Assembly (NCBI GenBank): GCA_964016885.1
Contig: OZ024748.1
Span: forward strand, 16,864,001-16,928,000
DNA length: 64,000 nucleotides
Reading direction: 5' to 3'
Origin: Eledone cirrhosa
Lineage: Eukaryota
Position 1 is the stretch's first letter; the number at the start of each line of letters is the position of its first letter. The translations under genes were made by a program, and so were the position numbers. Shown here piece by piece: positions 27,513 to 40,601 of the stretch. Under the pieces are notes generated by a model. That model saw only the letters and a list, made by a program, of their open reading frames with translations, searched no databases and was not told the DNA's origin.

Positions 27513-28013
27513 TCTTAACTATAATAAAGAGAGGAGCACGGGACTGCTTTCAGAATATATTTTTTAATTCTATTTGTAAAATAAGTTGGATTAATTTGAA
27601 TAAATGAATATTACGTAATTTATGTACTAAATTTCGTAACTGTTGATTAAATATAAATAATTTTATTGCTTATTTTAAGATTCACTTCTTTAAAATTTTC
27701 AAATGTCAACACTTCTGGTTAGTGCCCGTTATATTAACATTTATTACATCACTTATATAAACGTTCACATATTTCTGTCGCTAATTTTCTCCTAATGCAG
27801 TTTATATATAATATCGTCTTTTTTTAATGTATCATGGATTACTTTACTGATTACAGAAGAGAGTGTAACGCAGACTTTGTTCAATTTTTGTGCATGTTAA
27901 TTACGATTTCATTTGATGTATCATATCTATATGTATATATATTTGCATATAATATCAATATGCACACTACACGTGCCAGCAGAAAACCACTCGAAGGGTG
28001 GTTTTTCTGCTAG
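27513..28013 (+). mobile_element. Non-autonomous Helitron lacking the SINE insertion
   Basis: A|TCTTAACTATAATAAAG start; hairpin GCAGAAAACCACTC-GAA-GGGTGGTTTTTCTGC; CTAG|T end. Confidence 0.85.
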
Positions 28014-28099
28014 TATATATAAATAATCGAATGCTTGGTAAACACAGATATGTACTGAGGATGCTGTTGTACTTTTGTGTTGTTTTACATATGTAGGAG

Positions 28100-28680
28100 C
28101 TGATGTCTCACCAGGCTGGGAAGTAACACTGTAGGTGTTTCGTCTCCTTTTCATCATGTCACCAGACCTACTCAAGGTCACCCACTGATGTAGGCAATGA
28201 AACACCTGAGTAACAACATACTCTATGGTGAGTCCGATGTTGTGATTCCATCCACGTCAACACATCAAAACGGCTCAAAATTTGATGGGTGTGGTGTTAT
28301 GACTGTGACCATGACATCTCCATCCATCTCAATGTGTCAAGCACACCATTCATCTTCTCTTTTGGGCCAGGTGTAGTAACTTGCTTTCTCAGCGACCTCC
28401 GATAATGCCCTTCACCACTTTCCTTCCTTGCACCACAAGACTAGGTCAGGTCTCTTGGTGTTAATAAGGGTAAATTGGTATTTGCTGTCTCCAAGTCAAC
28501 TGAGTCTTTCCCAAATCCCTTTCCCATTTTGGATCAGTCTTGCAGTGTTCTCCTTCTTTACAGAGCTTCATTCTGCTCCACTCCTCTACTTGTGGTCAAT
28601 TGCCATTGTTCATCATTTTCACCCTTCTACTGCATCAGCCAATGCTCTAAGCACCTGTTTATGCTACCATGTATCTGTTC
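28100..28680 (-). mobile_element. HERO/NeSL-like non-LTR retrotransposon 3' remnant, internally deleted
   Basis: Minus-strand W*HKQVLRALADA, RPDLVLWCKEGK and LSEVAEKASYYTWPKREDEW resemble the WRHDQVL, RPDIVLWS and AEKASxWLWLKR motifs. Confidence 0.6.
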
Positions 28681-29220
28681 CTCAAGGGAGTGAATTGGCA
28701 GGGCCATTAGAATGTTGGATAGAATGCATTGCAGTGCTCGTGATGCTTTCTGTGTTGAAATCCAGCCAAGATCATCTTTGCCTTTCATTCATTTGAGGTT
28801 GATAAAAAAGTACCAGTCAAGTACTGGGGGTCGATTCTTCCTCTATATCTCTTTCTCACTTCCATTCTTGCATTATTTTTTCCATCTCTGAAAGAAATTG
28901 GCTATATTCAGACCTGGAGAGGAGATGCGCTCTGCCAGGTTTAAAAAATACTCTAGAAATGCCATATATCAATATGGCACCAGTACAACTCTCACAAGAG
29001 TTACGATTTCATACATAAGTTCTTCAGGGCCAGTTTGTAACTGGATAGTATGTATCTCATTATTCCAGCCTTTCTGTTTTAGCATAGACTGTTCTCTTCT
29101 ACTTTAATTAGGTGTTGGCTCTGTAGTTTGAGTTGAAATCTCTGAGACACCTGTTAAAAATAATACTGAATTCTGCAAATTTGCAGTATTAGAGTAAAGA
29201 CTTTAATTTTTAACAGGATA

Positions 29221-29505
29221 CAGGAGCAGAGAGTCGCTCCAGGTTGAGCCATTACTTCTCCAAATTGAGAGATCACAGCCTCAATATTACAGACATGTGG
29301 ATAGAATGTCTTAGGAAATAATTACTGGGCTGATTTTTACTAGAAAATCAACCAGTAGGAGATCCAGGGGTAGACCCAGGGAAAGATGGTAGGATAACAT
29401 CTTGGCTCGTCTCGCTTGGAAATCCAGCCATATCATTTGGAAATGGTTGCTAAAAGGAACATTCAAGGACTCTGTCTCCCCACAATCCTCAAAGGAGGAG
29501 AAAAC
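29221..29505 (+). mobile_element. Decayed RTE (Expander/Rex3-like) 3' fragment with 22-bp TSD
   Basis: ESLQVEPLLLQIERSQ..HVDRM..RSRGRPRERW; GACTTTAATTTTTAACAGGATA at 29199-29220 and 29506-29527. Confidence 0.8.
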
Positions 29506-30584
29506 GACTTTAATTTTTAACAGGATAAAGTGATAGTACTGTTATGTACTTTACGGTAATAGCATGCTAATGAAGTTTTATGTGGTAGAGGACATTAAGA
29601 GTTAAACATGATAAAAATGCTTGTCACATGGAGAACATATTTCAAAAAGGAGAAACCATTAATATTTACTAATCTTGTATTCTCTACAGGTAGTCGGTGG
29701 TTTTCTTGCTGCCTTTCTATAGTGAATTATCTTGTATTTTGTACTATCTAGTAATTTCACTTCACTTCCCCTGGTCCTACTATCTCGTGTTAATTACCAA
29801 GACTTGAATGAATTAATGGGACTGGAAATTAGACTCATTTAAAGGGTATCAATAATTAAACAGAAGCACCATCTTTTATAATTAGTTTGTTGCCTAAAAA
29901 AATATTAGTTTCTCAATAATAATAATGATAATAATATTTTATTGGCCTTCAATAATAGTAATAATAATAGTAGTGATAGCAATAATAATAGTAGTAGTAG
30001 TAGTAATAATAATAATGGTAGTAGTAGTAGTAGTAGTAGTAATGATAATAATGGTAGTAGTAGTAGTAGTATAGTAGGAGTAATGATAATAATGGTAGTA
30101 GTAGTAGTAGTAGTGATAATAATAATACACTTGTGAAAATTTTCAAATTTGTTTCGTTTGACAAAAAAGTAAAGTAGAAAGAAACAAGACATGGTGTATT
30201 ATAATTCAGATGCTTGTCAGTTGAAAATTGTTCAATATTGATTCATACGATCAAGTATCAATGATGATAGAATTAAAAATAAAATAAAATAAAATTGTCA
30301 TCTTCTACAACAAGGAGCAATATATTATAGAACAAAAACACACACAAAAATAAAATAAAATAAAATATCTGTTTTTAATTTTACTTTATCAGATGCTGTT
30401 ATATATAGTGTTGAAATAGGAAGAAACATTTCTGTTTATTTAGATAACAGAAATACAAAGATGTGTTATCATTTATTTTAATAGTTACTACTAAATTGTA
30501 TGTGCATAAAGTAAATAGAAACAATAAAGCAAACACAGTACAATAAAACGATATATTAGTTTAATATTTCATATAGTAGAAGAG

Positions 30585-30620
30585 TCTTTAGGTTTCAGGC
30601 ACTAGTCCTTCATCAGAAAA
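30585..30620 (-). ncRNA. Hammerhead-like motif of a Penelope-type LTR family (also 31585-31620 on +; decayed copy at ~44595)
   Basis: TTTT-CTGATGA-AGGACTAGTGCCT-GAAA-CC-TA-AAGA; the 31585 copy reads TCTT-CCGATGA-AGGACTATTGTCC-GAAA-TG-TA-AAGA. Confidence 0.55.
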
Positions 30621-31411
30621 TAGAATGAGAAATCAAAGAAGAAATAGAAAGAGAGAGGAGAGTGGGCTGTGGCAGAAATGAAAAAAGAATTGTTAGGGAA
30701 AACACAGGTCCATTGGAATGGTAACATATATATAGGAAAAGAGTCAGGACCCCGACGGCTGAGCTCCGGCCGTTTCAACAGCTAGATCCAAATGTTAATA
30801 TATATATTGAAAAGAGTCTTTCAACCTGGTAGAGCCCATTCCTCTCCAGAGATGAATACAGCAGTTTTCTTTCCAGTGAAGGATAGTGAAATAAAAAATA
30901 TAGAGGAAGAAATGACCCCCAATACAAGTATTTTTTTTTATTGACCTTGAATGGATGAAAGGCAAAGTTGCCCTTGGCGAGATTTGAACTGAGAAGCAGA
31001 AAGCTGGGATAAATACTGCAAAGTATTATATCCAATGTTCTAGTCACTCTGCCAATTCGGCACCTGTTAAAGTATTAGTAACTTAACCTTTTATCATTTA
31101 CAATACTCTATAAATACTATGAATACTAGAATTCTGGCTGGATACAGCCGGTTTAAATGCTAAAGGGTTAAAGATACCTAAAAATTAGCTTGTTAATTCA
31201 AATGTTTATAGAATCTTTAGTAACTGACAGATCATCATTAAAAAAATTTCAGTAAATTAAAGACTTCAATCTTTAATGTGATGAAGTTTTAGTGATGTTT
31301 TATATTTTTAAAGAATATCCTTCTTGGATTTCCTGTGGTACAGGATGTTATGAGATATTCGATGTCTCTATACTTTTATTAAGTATATTAGGAATTTCTA
31401 ACTATATATCG

Positions 31412-31497
<86 letters not shown>

Positions 31498-33287
31498 TGA
31501 ATTCACAGGATCTCAAAACATTTTTTTTGTTCCTTCCCCTTCTCACTCCCTAACTTTCTATTTCATCTTTTATTTTTCATTCTATCTTCCGATGAAGGAC
31601 TATTGTCCGAAATGTAAAGACTCTTTTCCTATTAAACTAATATATTTCTTTATTGTACTGTGTTGTTTGCTTTATTGTTTCTCTTTACTTTTTGTACACA
31701 TATATTTTGTACACATATATTTGTGTGTATGTATGTGTATTTATGTTTGAATTCTTATTTTTTTTTTTTTTCTGATTCCCCATCCATATTCTTTGAGTTT
31801 AGCTGTTATATTCCTTCACAGATTTGGTTCTTTTTCCTTGGCGTATGCCATCTTCAATAACGTTTCTCCCTATGATAGTCGTAATTTTTTTTTTCCATTT
31901 ATTCTCATGTTCATCGGCTGCCATACCGAACTCTAGTCAGTTTGAATCATCTATCTTCATCAGCAGTTCAGAGCCCTCTACACCTCTTTTCCATTCTGTT
32001 CTTCCTATCATCTCCTCAGTTTATTTTCTGAAATTTATTGCTCTAGAAGGCAATAACCTCCCCCCCCCCTCCGCAAAAAAGGACTGCGTCAATTTGATTC
32101 TTGCTATTGAGGGCCAGTAACTATATAATAAGGAACTTCAACTTCAAAACTATCTTTGCATGTAATTCCTGACAGAAAATTTCTGTTTTATTTCATAAAG
32201 AAATCAGAGGTTATTCCTCGTATATGTTATAGTATGGATATCATTGCTCTTCAAAATGAAATTAAATCTTTGTAGAGATAGTAAAAAGCTTCAATCCTCT
32301 TCGGTATTCAACAAACGTTAACTACATTTATCTTCATCAAATGATTTCCCACGGGTAAGGCTTTTATAAATTGAAATTCAAATGATATCTATTTTAAATA
32401 TCAATATATTTTTAAAGGATTTTGAGCAATATTTTTTTTTTTTTTCGTATTCCTTTTATATTTTTATAACTAATATCAGTAAAGTGGTCCTTTATGAAAA
32501 TTACACACAGCTGATGTAACCCCAATGGATAACGTTTGAATTTTCTATATTATAATTAACATATCCAGCTCTAGCTACTTACGAAGCTGCTTTAATAAAC
32601 TTTAAAGTCATTTAATATCGATGATATTTATTTATTTATTGTTAAAGAATCCTTCTTGCTAAATGTCATACATGTTTATCTACCAAGACATTTTCTTTTT
32701 AAACTCAAGACATCTCTTCCAATGTTGGACATTGTTGATAATGTCACATCAGATTTTAATTGACCACAGAACAACAATCTCTACCAAGTGGTCTTTTTTC
32801 TATTTTTTAACTCGGGACATCCCTTCCAATGATGTAGGACATTGTTGACCAATGCCACTTCATATTTTAACAGGTCACAGAACAACAGTCCCTGGCTATT
32901 CTCAGTGGTAACACCTTTGCAAGGTGCAGCTAAGGCACTGCTCTGACTGGTGTCTAGTGTCTGTCCCTCTCCCTTTCTTTTGTCACTTGATTATTATTTT
33001 TTTTTCTTCTTTTAATTTTATTTCATTCTTCATTCTTTTTTGTTTTGGCCAGGCTGGTATCAAAAGGGTTGAAAATATTTCATTTTTAAGATTATCAATG
33101 GTTTTTAACTCAACTTTATGAGTAAACCATATATTGAGAATGAGAAATTATGTAACTATATATATATAAACATCAATACATTGCTGGTGAAGAGTGGTCA
33201 GTTCTACTGTCAAAGTCCCTAGGGAAAATGACTGGAGATAGTAACTTAACATATAGCTTTTATAAAAAATTGTTGGAAGATTTTAAT

Positions 33288-33513
33288 TTAACCCTTTAGC
33301 ATTTAAAATCATATCTGGCCAGAATTCTCTCACCTCTTTCTGTTCAAACCATCTGTAACCAGCTGCTCATACTAATGTTTAGGTATTGTTCTCAGAATAA
33401 ATAATAACAAAATCTCATAGATTCGACATGATGTGAGATAATTATATAAGATAAAGCTTTTACCACAAAAATACAATAGTATATATAGAGTAATGTAAAC
33501 GCTAAAGGGTTAA
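33288..33513. mobile_element. piggyBac-type MITE, inverted relative to the 20724 copy
   Basis: TTAA|CCCTTTAGCATTT...AAACGCTAAAGGG|TTAA. Confidence 0.88.
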
Positions 33514-33924
33514 ACAGGAATTCTTTAAAAGGGGTGATTTTGTTCCATAGCCAGGATGATATCAAAAGTTTTAAATCGATAATCATTGACTGATTGGTCT
33601 CCTTTTTACCCAGTGTAGCAAAAAACAGTAGTTATGAAGTCTGCAACAAATCCAATCAGGTAATCAGCCTTAATCAATGACAATTGATCTCACAATTGCT
33701 CTACAGGCACCTATCATTATCTTCCATATTTCTATATATAATATTGTCTGAAGGATCAAACAGATTATAGCTCTTGTTTGTTTGTGTGAAACTATGTAAC
33801 AATGGACTGAATCACTGTCATTCTTTCAATGTGTGTGTATATATATATATATATGTCTGTATACATAAATTTATATATATATATGTCTGTATACATAAAT
33901 TTATATATATATATATATATATAT

Positions 33925-34300
33925 ATCATCATCATCATCGTTTAACGTCCATCTTCCACACTAGCATGGGTTTGGACGGGAAATTTCCCACTTGAGGCAA
34001 GATTGGTTGTCTTGCTCGTATAGGACTGTCTGGCGGGTTTTCTACGGCTGGATGCCCTACCTAACACCAACCACGTTTACAGTGTGGAACTGGGAGGTTT
34101 TTACCGTGTTACCTACACGGCCACATTACAGCGTGGACTGTGTGTTTTTTTGTCGTGACACCTACACGACCTCATTTGTTTCGGACTGGATGTTGTGGTA
34201 CCAATATAACTTTACATTGAAAGGGGTGGGGTGGGAGTAGTGGGACGGCGGTGTATTTTGTTAGAGGTGCCTACTGACTGTAGGTTTCGCTTTGTACTTA
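33925..34300 (-). mobile_element. RTE LINE 3' UTR copy
   Basis: (CAT)nCGTTTAACGTCCATCTTCCACACTAGCATGGG..CGGCTGGATGCCC matches the reverse complement of 2780-3047. Confidence 0.85.
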
Positions 34301-34314
34301 GGCAAGGCGGGTCT

Positions 34315-34347
<33 letters not shown>

Positions 34348-34606
34348 TTGCAAGCACGGAAAAGCGGACGTAAAATGATGATGCTGATGATATATATATA
34401 TATACATATATAAATGCTAGCGTGGAAGATGGACGTTAAACGATGATGATGATATATATATATAAATATAAATATATACACACGCACATATATAGATATA
34501 TATAGATATATATACATATATATAGATATATATACAGATAAATATATATACATATATATGCATATATGTATACACACACACACATTATATATATATATAT
34601 ATATAT

Positions 34607-34890
34607 ATTTATTAAAATAACAGATTAAAGTTTAAGTAAAGAATCGCTGCAAAGTATCGTCTTCCTGTCTTCCTCCGGTTGCAACGTTTTTTGAAATATT
34701 CACTTCTGCGTTCACAGATTGACTTTGTTAGTTTCAGAAGATCCCGTTAAGGGTGAAAGCAGCGATTCTTTGCTTAAACTTTAATCTGTTATTTTAATAA
34801 ATATTTGCTCTACGGTTCTTATATGTTTGATATATATTTATCCTTATTGAGCCCTCTTTGGATTTTAGTCTTCAAATTTATTATTATTAC
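34607..34890 (+). mobile_element. Penelope-like pLTR with an inverted partial copy at its 5' side (family also at 8880-8968 and 37642-37870)
   Basis: TTTATTAAAATAACAGATTAAAGTTTAAGTAAAGAATCGCTGC is the inverse of the sequence after CAGAAGA-TCCCGTTAAGGGT-GAAA. Confidence 0.55.
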
Positions 34891-35002
34891 TATATATATA
34901 TATATATATTTATATATATAAATATGCATATATACATATATATACATAGGAAAAGCAGACGATAATACAACAATGATGTGTATATATACATTTGATTATA
35001 TA

Positions 35003-35109
<107 letters not shown>

Positions 35110-35335
35110 CATCTGTGTGTGTATATATATATAATCTGTGCTGGTCTCTTGACATTTAAAGCCCTTATTTATCCTATAGGATAGATTGAGATCTAACTGT
35201 CAGCAAGTGTTACTACTGCACATCAATACATCAATCTGATTATATCAGTAGAAAATCAGGATCAATTATTTTCTTTGCTCAAAGAATAACTGTACACATT
35301 TCTGACATTGTTAATCCAAAACAAAACAAAGAAGA

Positions 35336-36500
35336 GTCTCTACTTCTCTGTAGTCCTCTTTACTTCTTTCTAACTCTCTCTACTTCTTTCTAACTCTCTC
35401 TACTTCTCTCTAGCTCTCTCTAACTCTCTCTAGCTCTCTACTTCTCTCTAGCTCTCTCTAGCTCTCTCTAACTCTCTCTAGCTCTCTCCACTTCTCTCTA
35501 GCTCTCTCCACTTCTCTCTAGCTCTCTACTTCTCTCTAGCTCTCTCTAACTCTCTCCACTTCTCTCTAGCTCTCTCCACTTCTCTCTAGCTCTCTCCACT
35601 TCTCTCTAGCTCTCTCCACTTCTCTCTAGCTCTCTTTACTTCTCTCTAGCTCTCTTTACTTCTCTCTAGCTCTCTTTACTTCTCTCTAGCTCTCTTTACT
35701 TCTCTCTAGCTCTCTTTACTTCTCTCTAGCTCTCTTTACTTCTCTCTAGCTCTCTTCACTTCTCTCTAGCTCTCTTCACTTCTCTCTAGTCCTACACTTA
35801 CTTCTCTACTTTTCTCTAGCTCTCTCTACTTCGTTCTAGCTGTCTCTACTTCTCTCTATATCTCTCTACTTCTCTCTATATCTCTCTACTTCTCTCTATC
35901 CCTCTCTACTTCTCTCTAGTTCTCTCTCAACTCCTCTCTAGTATTCTCTCATTCTCTCTAGTTCTCTCATTCTCTCTAGCTCTCTCTCAACTCCTCTCTA
36001 GTTCTCTCTCAACTCCTCTCTACTTCTCTCTCAACTCCTTTCTACTTCTCTCTCAACTCCTTTCTACTTCTCTCTCAACTCCTCTCTACTTCTCTCTCAA
36101 CTCCTCTCTACTTCTCTCTCAACTCCTCTCAAGTCCTCTCTCAACTCCTCTCAAGTCCTCTCTCAACTCCTCTCTAGTTCTCTCTCAACTCCTCTCTAGT
36201 TCTCTCTCAACTCCTCTCTAGTTCTCTCTCAACTCCTCTCTAGTTCTCTCTCAACTCCTCTCAAGTCCTCTCTCAACTCCTCTCAAGTCCTCTCTCAACT
36301 CCTCTCTAGTTCTCTCTCAACTCCTCTCTAGTTCTCTCTCAACTCCTCTCTAGTTCTCTCTCAACTCCTCTCTAGTTCTCTCTCAACTCCTCTCAAGTCC
36401 TCTCTCAACTCCTCTCTAGTTCTCTCTCAACTCCTCTCAAGTCCTCTCTCAACTCCTCTCAAGTCCTCTCTCTACTTCTCTCTCAACTCCTCTCTAGTCC
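35336..36500. repeat. Polypyrimidine minisatellite whose unit changes from ~20 bp to 22 bp along the array
   Basis: CTTCTCTCTAGCTCTCT(CC/TT)A units give way to TCTCTCTCAACTCCTCTC(T/A)AGT units. Confidence 0.95.
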
Positions 36501-37641
36501 AATCACTTCACTATAAAGCTAGAAATGATTATATTTCGGATCTGTTTCATTTGTATATTTAATAATCGTTTGCAATCTTCTGTTATTTCCATTTTATTCT
36601 CTGTCATTAATCAAGTTAGACATGTGGAATAAATATTATTGACCTAAGTTACTATTAAATATTTTATTTGTCAATCAGATATGCAAAGATGATATAATTA
36701 GCATTTTAGGTCACTCTGTTACTACATCTTACACGCTATTATGGTTGGGGTCTTGTGGCAGTGTGTGTGTAGGGAGAGTTGTGGCAGTGTGTGTGTAGGG
36801 AGAGTTGTGGCAGTGTGTGTGTGTGTGTAGGGAGGGTTGTGGCAGTGTGTGTGTGTGTTTTAGGTCACTCTGTTACTACATCTTACACGCTATTATGGTT
36901 GGGGTCTTGTTTTTATTTTTATTTTTATATCGTTTTGTTGTTTGTATTTATTGCTTACCAAGATTAAAAAAAAAAGGTTAAAGTCTCTCTCTTAAGTTTG
37001 GAAGATGTGAAGGTGGGTGTGTGTGTGGCCTAGTGGTGAGGATTTGGGACTCAGGATCATAAGTGACTGGGTTAGATTTCTGTGTTGGGTTGCAGATAAG
37101 GTACTTAATTTCATGTTGATTCTCCTGATAGGACTGGGGCCTCTGTCATTAAAACACCTAAGAAACCTCCTAAGGGATGGGATGCAGCTTTATAGGAAGC
37201 CATCTAAACTTATATAGGCGTGAGCTGTTATAACAATTACATTATAGGGCAGGGGCCTCTGTCATTAAAACACTGAAGGAGATGCAACCTCATGGGAGGC
37301 CAGCTAAACCTGCATCGGTGTCAGTTGTAAATTTACCTTTTATTTCAAGCTCCAAGACTGTAGCTTATCCTAGTTTTATTTACTTTAACTGAGAGTAGAT
37401 TAAGTAACTGGACATGGTGCCAGTCCTTTACAGACTTAATCTCTCAGTTGCTGGTACTCATTTGCAGCTGATTTAAGTGGAACAATGTGTAATAAAGTGT
37501 CTTGCTCAAGAACACAATGTGCTACCAATATTATGAACTAGCACTAGACTATACACCTTTGCTTAGTTTAATAAGACATCTTATATATTTATAGCTGCTG
37601 GTGGCTATTGAAACCAGCAGCTATAAATATATGATATTTAG

Positions 37642-37776
37642 TACAAGAACAGATTAAAGTTTAAGCAAAGAATCGCTGCTTTCACCCTAAACGGGATCTT
37701 CTGAAACTAAGTTTCAGAAGATCCCGTTAAAGGTGAAAGCAGCGATTCTTTGCTTAAACTTTAGTCTGTTCTTGTA
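37642..37776. repeat. 135-bp fold-back palindrome of the 34607 family
   Basis: TACAAGAACAGATTAAAG..CTTCTGAAACT-A-AGTTTCAGAAG..CTGTTCTTGTA. Confidence 0.9.
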
Positions 37777-37992
37777 ATAAATATTTGCTCTACAGGTTTA
37801 TATATATTTCATATGTATATAATCCTTATCGAGCCCTCTTCGGATTTTAGTCTTCACATTTATTATTACTCCGCCGAGGTTGACTTTGCCTTTCATCCTC
37901 ACGGGGTCGATAAAATAAAGTACCAGTAATGCACTGGGTAATTGCTGGCCTTGTGCAATTGCTGGCCTTGTACCTAAAGTAGAAACAATTAT

Positions 37993-38030
<38 letters not shown>

Positions 38031-38049
38031 AATGAGTTATTTGGTTTGT

Positions 38050-38110
38050 TGATTATTCTGACGAAAGCGTACTTAAATATTAGTACCCTTGAAATACGTA
38101 TAATAAAATA
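38050..38110 (+). ncRNA. Type-I hammerhead motif (same family as 3769 and 16936)
   Basis: CTGACGA-AAGCGTACT-TAAATATT-AGTACCCTT-GAAA-TACGTA-TA-ATAAAATA; stem I imperfect. Confidence 0.55.
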
Positions 38111-38373
38111 AATATGATTTTATAAAGATATTTTCCATTTATTAATATTATATACACACACACACACACATACACACACATATACACATACATTTATATA
38201 TAGAGAGAGACACGTGTGCAGCAAAAGTAACACTCTTTTTTTAAATTTAACTTTTATTCAATGAAAAAAAAAAATGTTCTAAAACTACTCTAATTTATTT
38301 TCGTTTGATGAAAGTTAATAAATAAAAGAAAGGGCGTTAGTTTTGCCATAGTCAGTAGATGTGGAACAGTTAA

Positions 38374-38795
38374 TAATGGTTTCTACGTTAGGCACAAGGC
38401 CAGCAATTACCCAGTGCATTACTGGTACTTTATTTTATCGACCCCGTAAGGATGAAAGGCAAAGTCAACCTCGGCGGGATTTGAACTCAGATCGTAAAGG
38501 GACGTAACTATGCTGGAAAGCATGGCGTCCGACCCTCTACCGATACTGCCAATCCACCGCCCTATGGAACAGTTAATAATGGTTTCTGATTTAGGTTCCA
38601 GGCCAGCAATTTGGGGGGAGGGGAAAGTCGATTAAATCGACCCCAGTGCGTGACTGGTACTTTATATTACCGACCCCGTAAGGATGAAAGGCAAAGTTTA
38701 CCTCGGCGGGATTTGAACTCAGATCATAAAGGGCCATAACTCTATGCTGCAAAGCATGGTGTCCGACGCTCTACCGATTCTGCCAAACCCTCGCC
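38374..38795 (-). mobile_element. Two family-A SINEs; the short subtype is inserted into the tail of the long subtype
   Basis: TGGAACAGTTAATAATGGTTTCT duplicated at ~38361 and ~38565. Confidence 0.9.
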
Positions 38796-39140
38796 ATAAT
38801 GAAAAACAAAACTGAATTCTTATCTAGGATTGAACCTAGATTATCAAGACCGATTAATTATTAGTCTTTTGCCATCTCTATCCATATGCACACACTATCA
38901 TATATATATATACATACATGTCTCTCTATATGTATGGATATATATATATATATATATATAAATGAAAGGTATAGAAATTGTTTTAGCGAGAAGCTATATA
39001 TATATATATATATATACATACATACATACATGTCTCTCTATATGTATGGATATATATATATATATATATATACATACATGTCTCTCTATATGTATGGATA
39101 TATATATATGCACACATATATGCATACATATACGTGTCCA

Positions 39141-39173
<33 letters not shown>

Positions 39174-39174
39174 G

Positions 39175-39206
<32 letters not shown>

Positions 39207-40601
39207 CTATACACCCACACACTCACAAACGTATAAGATATACATTAGATAAATGCTGCACTTGTTTCTCACATACAATTTATTAATTACAGAATGCTAT
39301 AAACCATTGAAGTCACACTCGTATGATTTCAAATTTTCACTTCCCACAGCGCCTACAACTCGAAACTAGAATGTACTTTAATTGCTATCAAAATTTAATA
39401 ATCTTTATAAGCTATTTATATATGACTTCCAATTAAAAATCATTTGAAAATTTTTGAAAGCGTTTAATTAAAGCTTAAGGAAGTCTGTATGTAATAGCTA
39501 GCGTCTGTACATCAATAAACACCAACTTTCTGCAAGGGAATCAATAATTGAGAGGTAGGAAGAGGTCATTGATAATGTTTTGCTCCAGCCATTAAAATCT
39601 GTAGTTACACACACGCAGAAGCAACTCTCTCTCTATATATATATATCTCCATTTTCCTCTCTCTCTCTCTGTCTCACCCTTCCTCCCTCCCTCTCTCTCT
39701 CTCCCACTCTCTCTCTCTTCCTCTCTCTCTATGAATGTATGTAAATATATATGTGTGTGTGTATATATATATATACACACAAACACAGACACACACCCAC
39801 ATATATATGTTAAAATTAAATGAGAAAAACTCTAATTACGGTAGTATAAACAAAATAGACGGGAAAATGTTCCTCTAGCTTCGCTTACATATAAACCTAC
39901 CTATGCGTATATTTACATATTGGTAGCGATACATATATATATATAAATATATATATTGGTAGGGAGATCCATATATATATTTATACCTTTTTTTTAAAAA
40001 CATACTTTAAAGAAGTGTCCCCTGATTTGTTCGTTCGGTTTTTTTTTTTCAAATTAAAATAAATTTTATTTTTTTCAGTCTTTAACAAATTAAAATAAAA
40101 AATGTTCAAATATATACCAATTAACTAAAACAGACAAGACTAGATTTCTTGCACGAGGTCAGATATAATGTCTTGTTCCTACCATTAAAAATCTATAGTT
40201 ACATGTGGAAGAAACTCTCTCTGTCTCTCTGTGTATTTCTATTTTCTATTTTTAAGCCTCATTGGGGGTATTCCCTATATGTTTGTTAATTTTACTTTTT
40301 CCAGTCTTTGATCTAATTCCTAACTTCGGATCCCTTTGATTCTATGACCTCTGAAACGGAGAGAGGAATTAAAATTCATTAAGTTTTCCTAACTGTATGT
40401 AAAGTGTAAAAGCAAAAACAATACTAAAAAAATGGAAATTCAGAAATAAAGGAATAACAAAAAATGGGTAGGGCGGGGGTGATGGAAGGGGCAGCTTTCT
40501 ACCCTTGGTTGGACAAAATATATCAGATACATCGCACTGACAAAACATCATCAATAGGTCATATATAATGTTCTATTAAAACCTGTAGTTATATATATAT
40601 A

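Noticed and set aside
28095-28160. Possible hammerhead in the HERO-like 3' UTR (CGAAAC..CTGGTGA on minus)
   Set aside because: Core is mutated and stems could not be paired convincingly
28880-29160. Possible minus-strand exon after TTTTTAACAG
   Set aside because: Early stop codons in the frames checked and no recognisable homology
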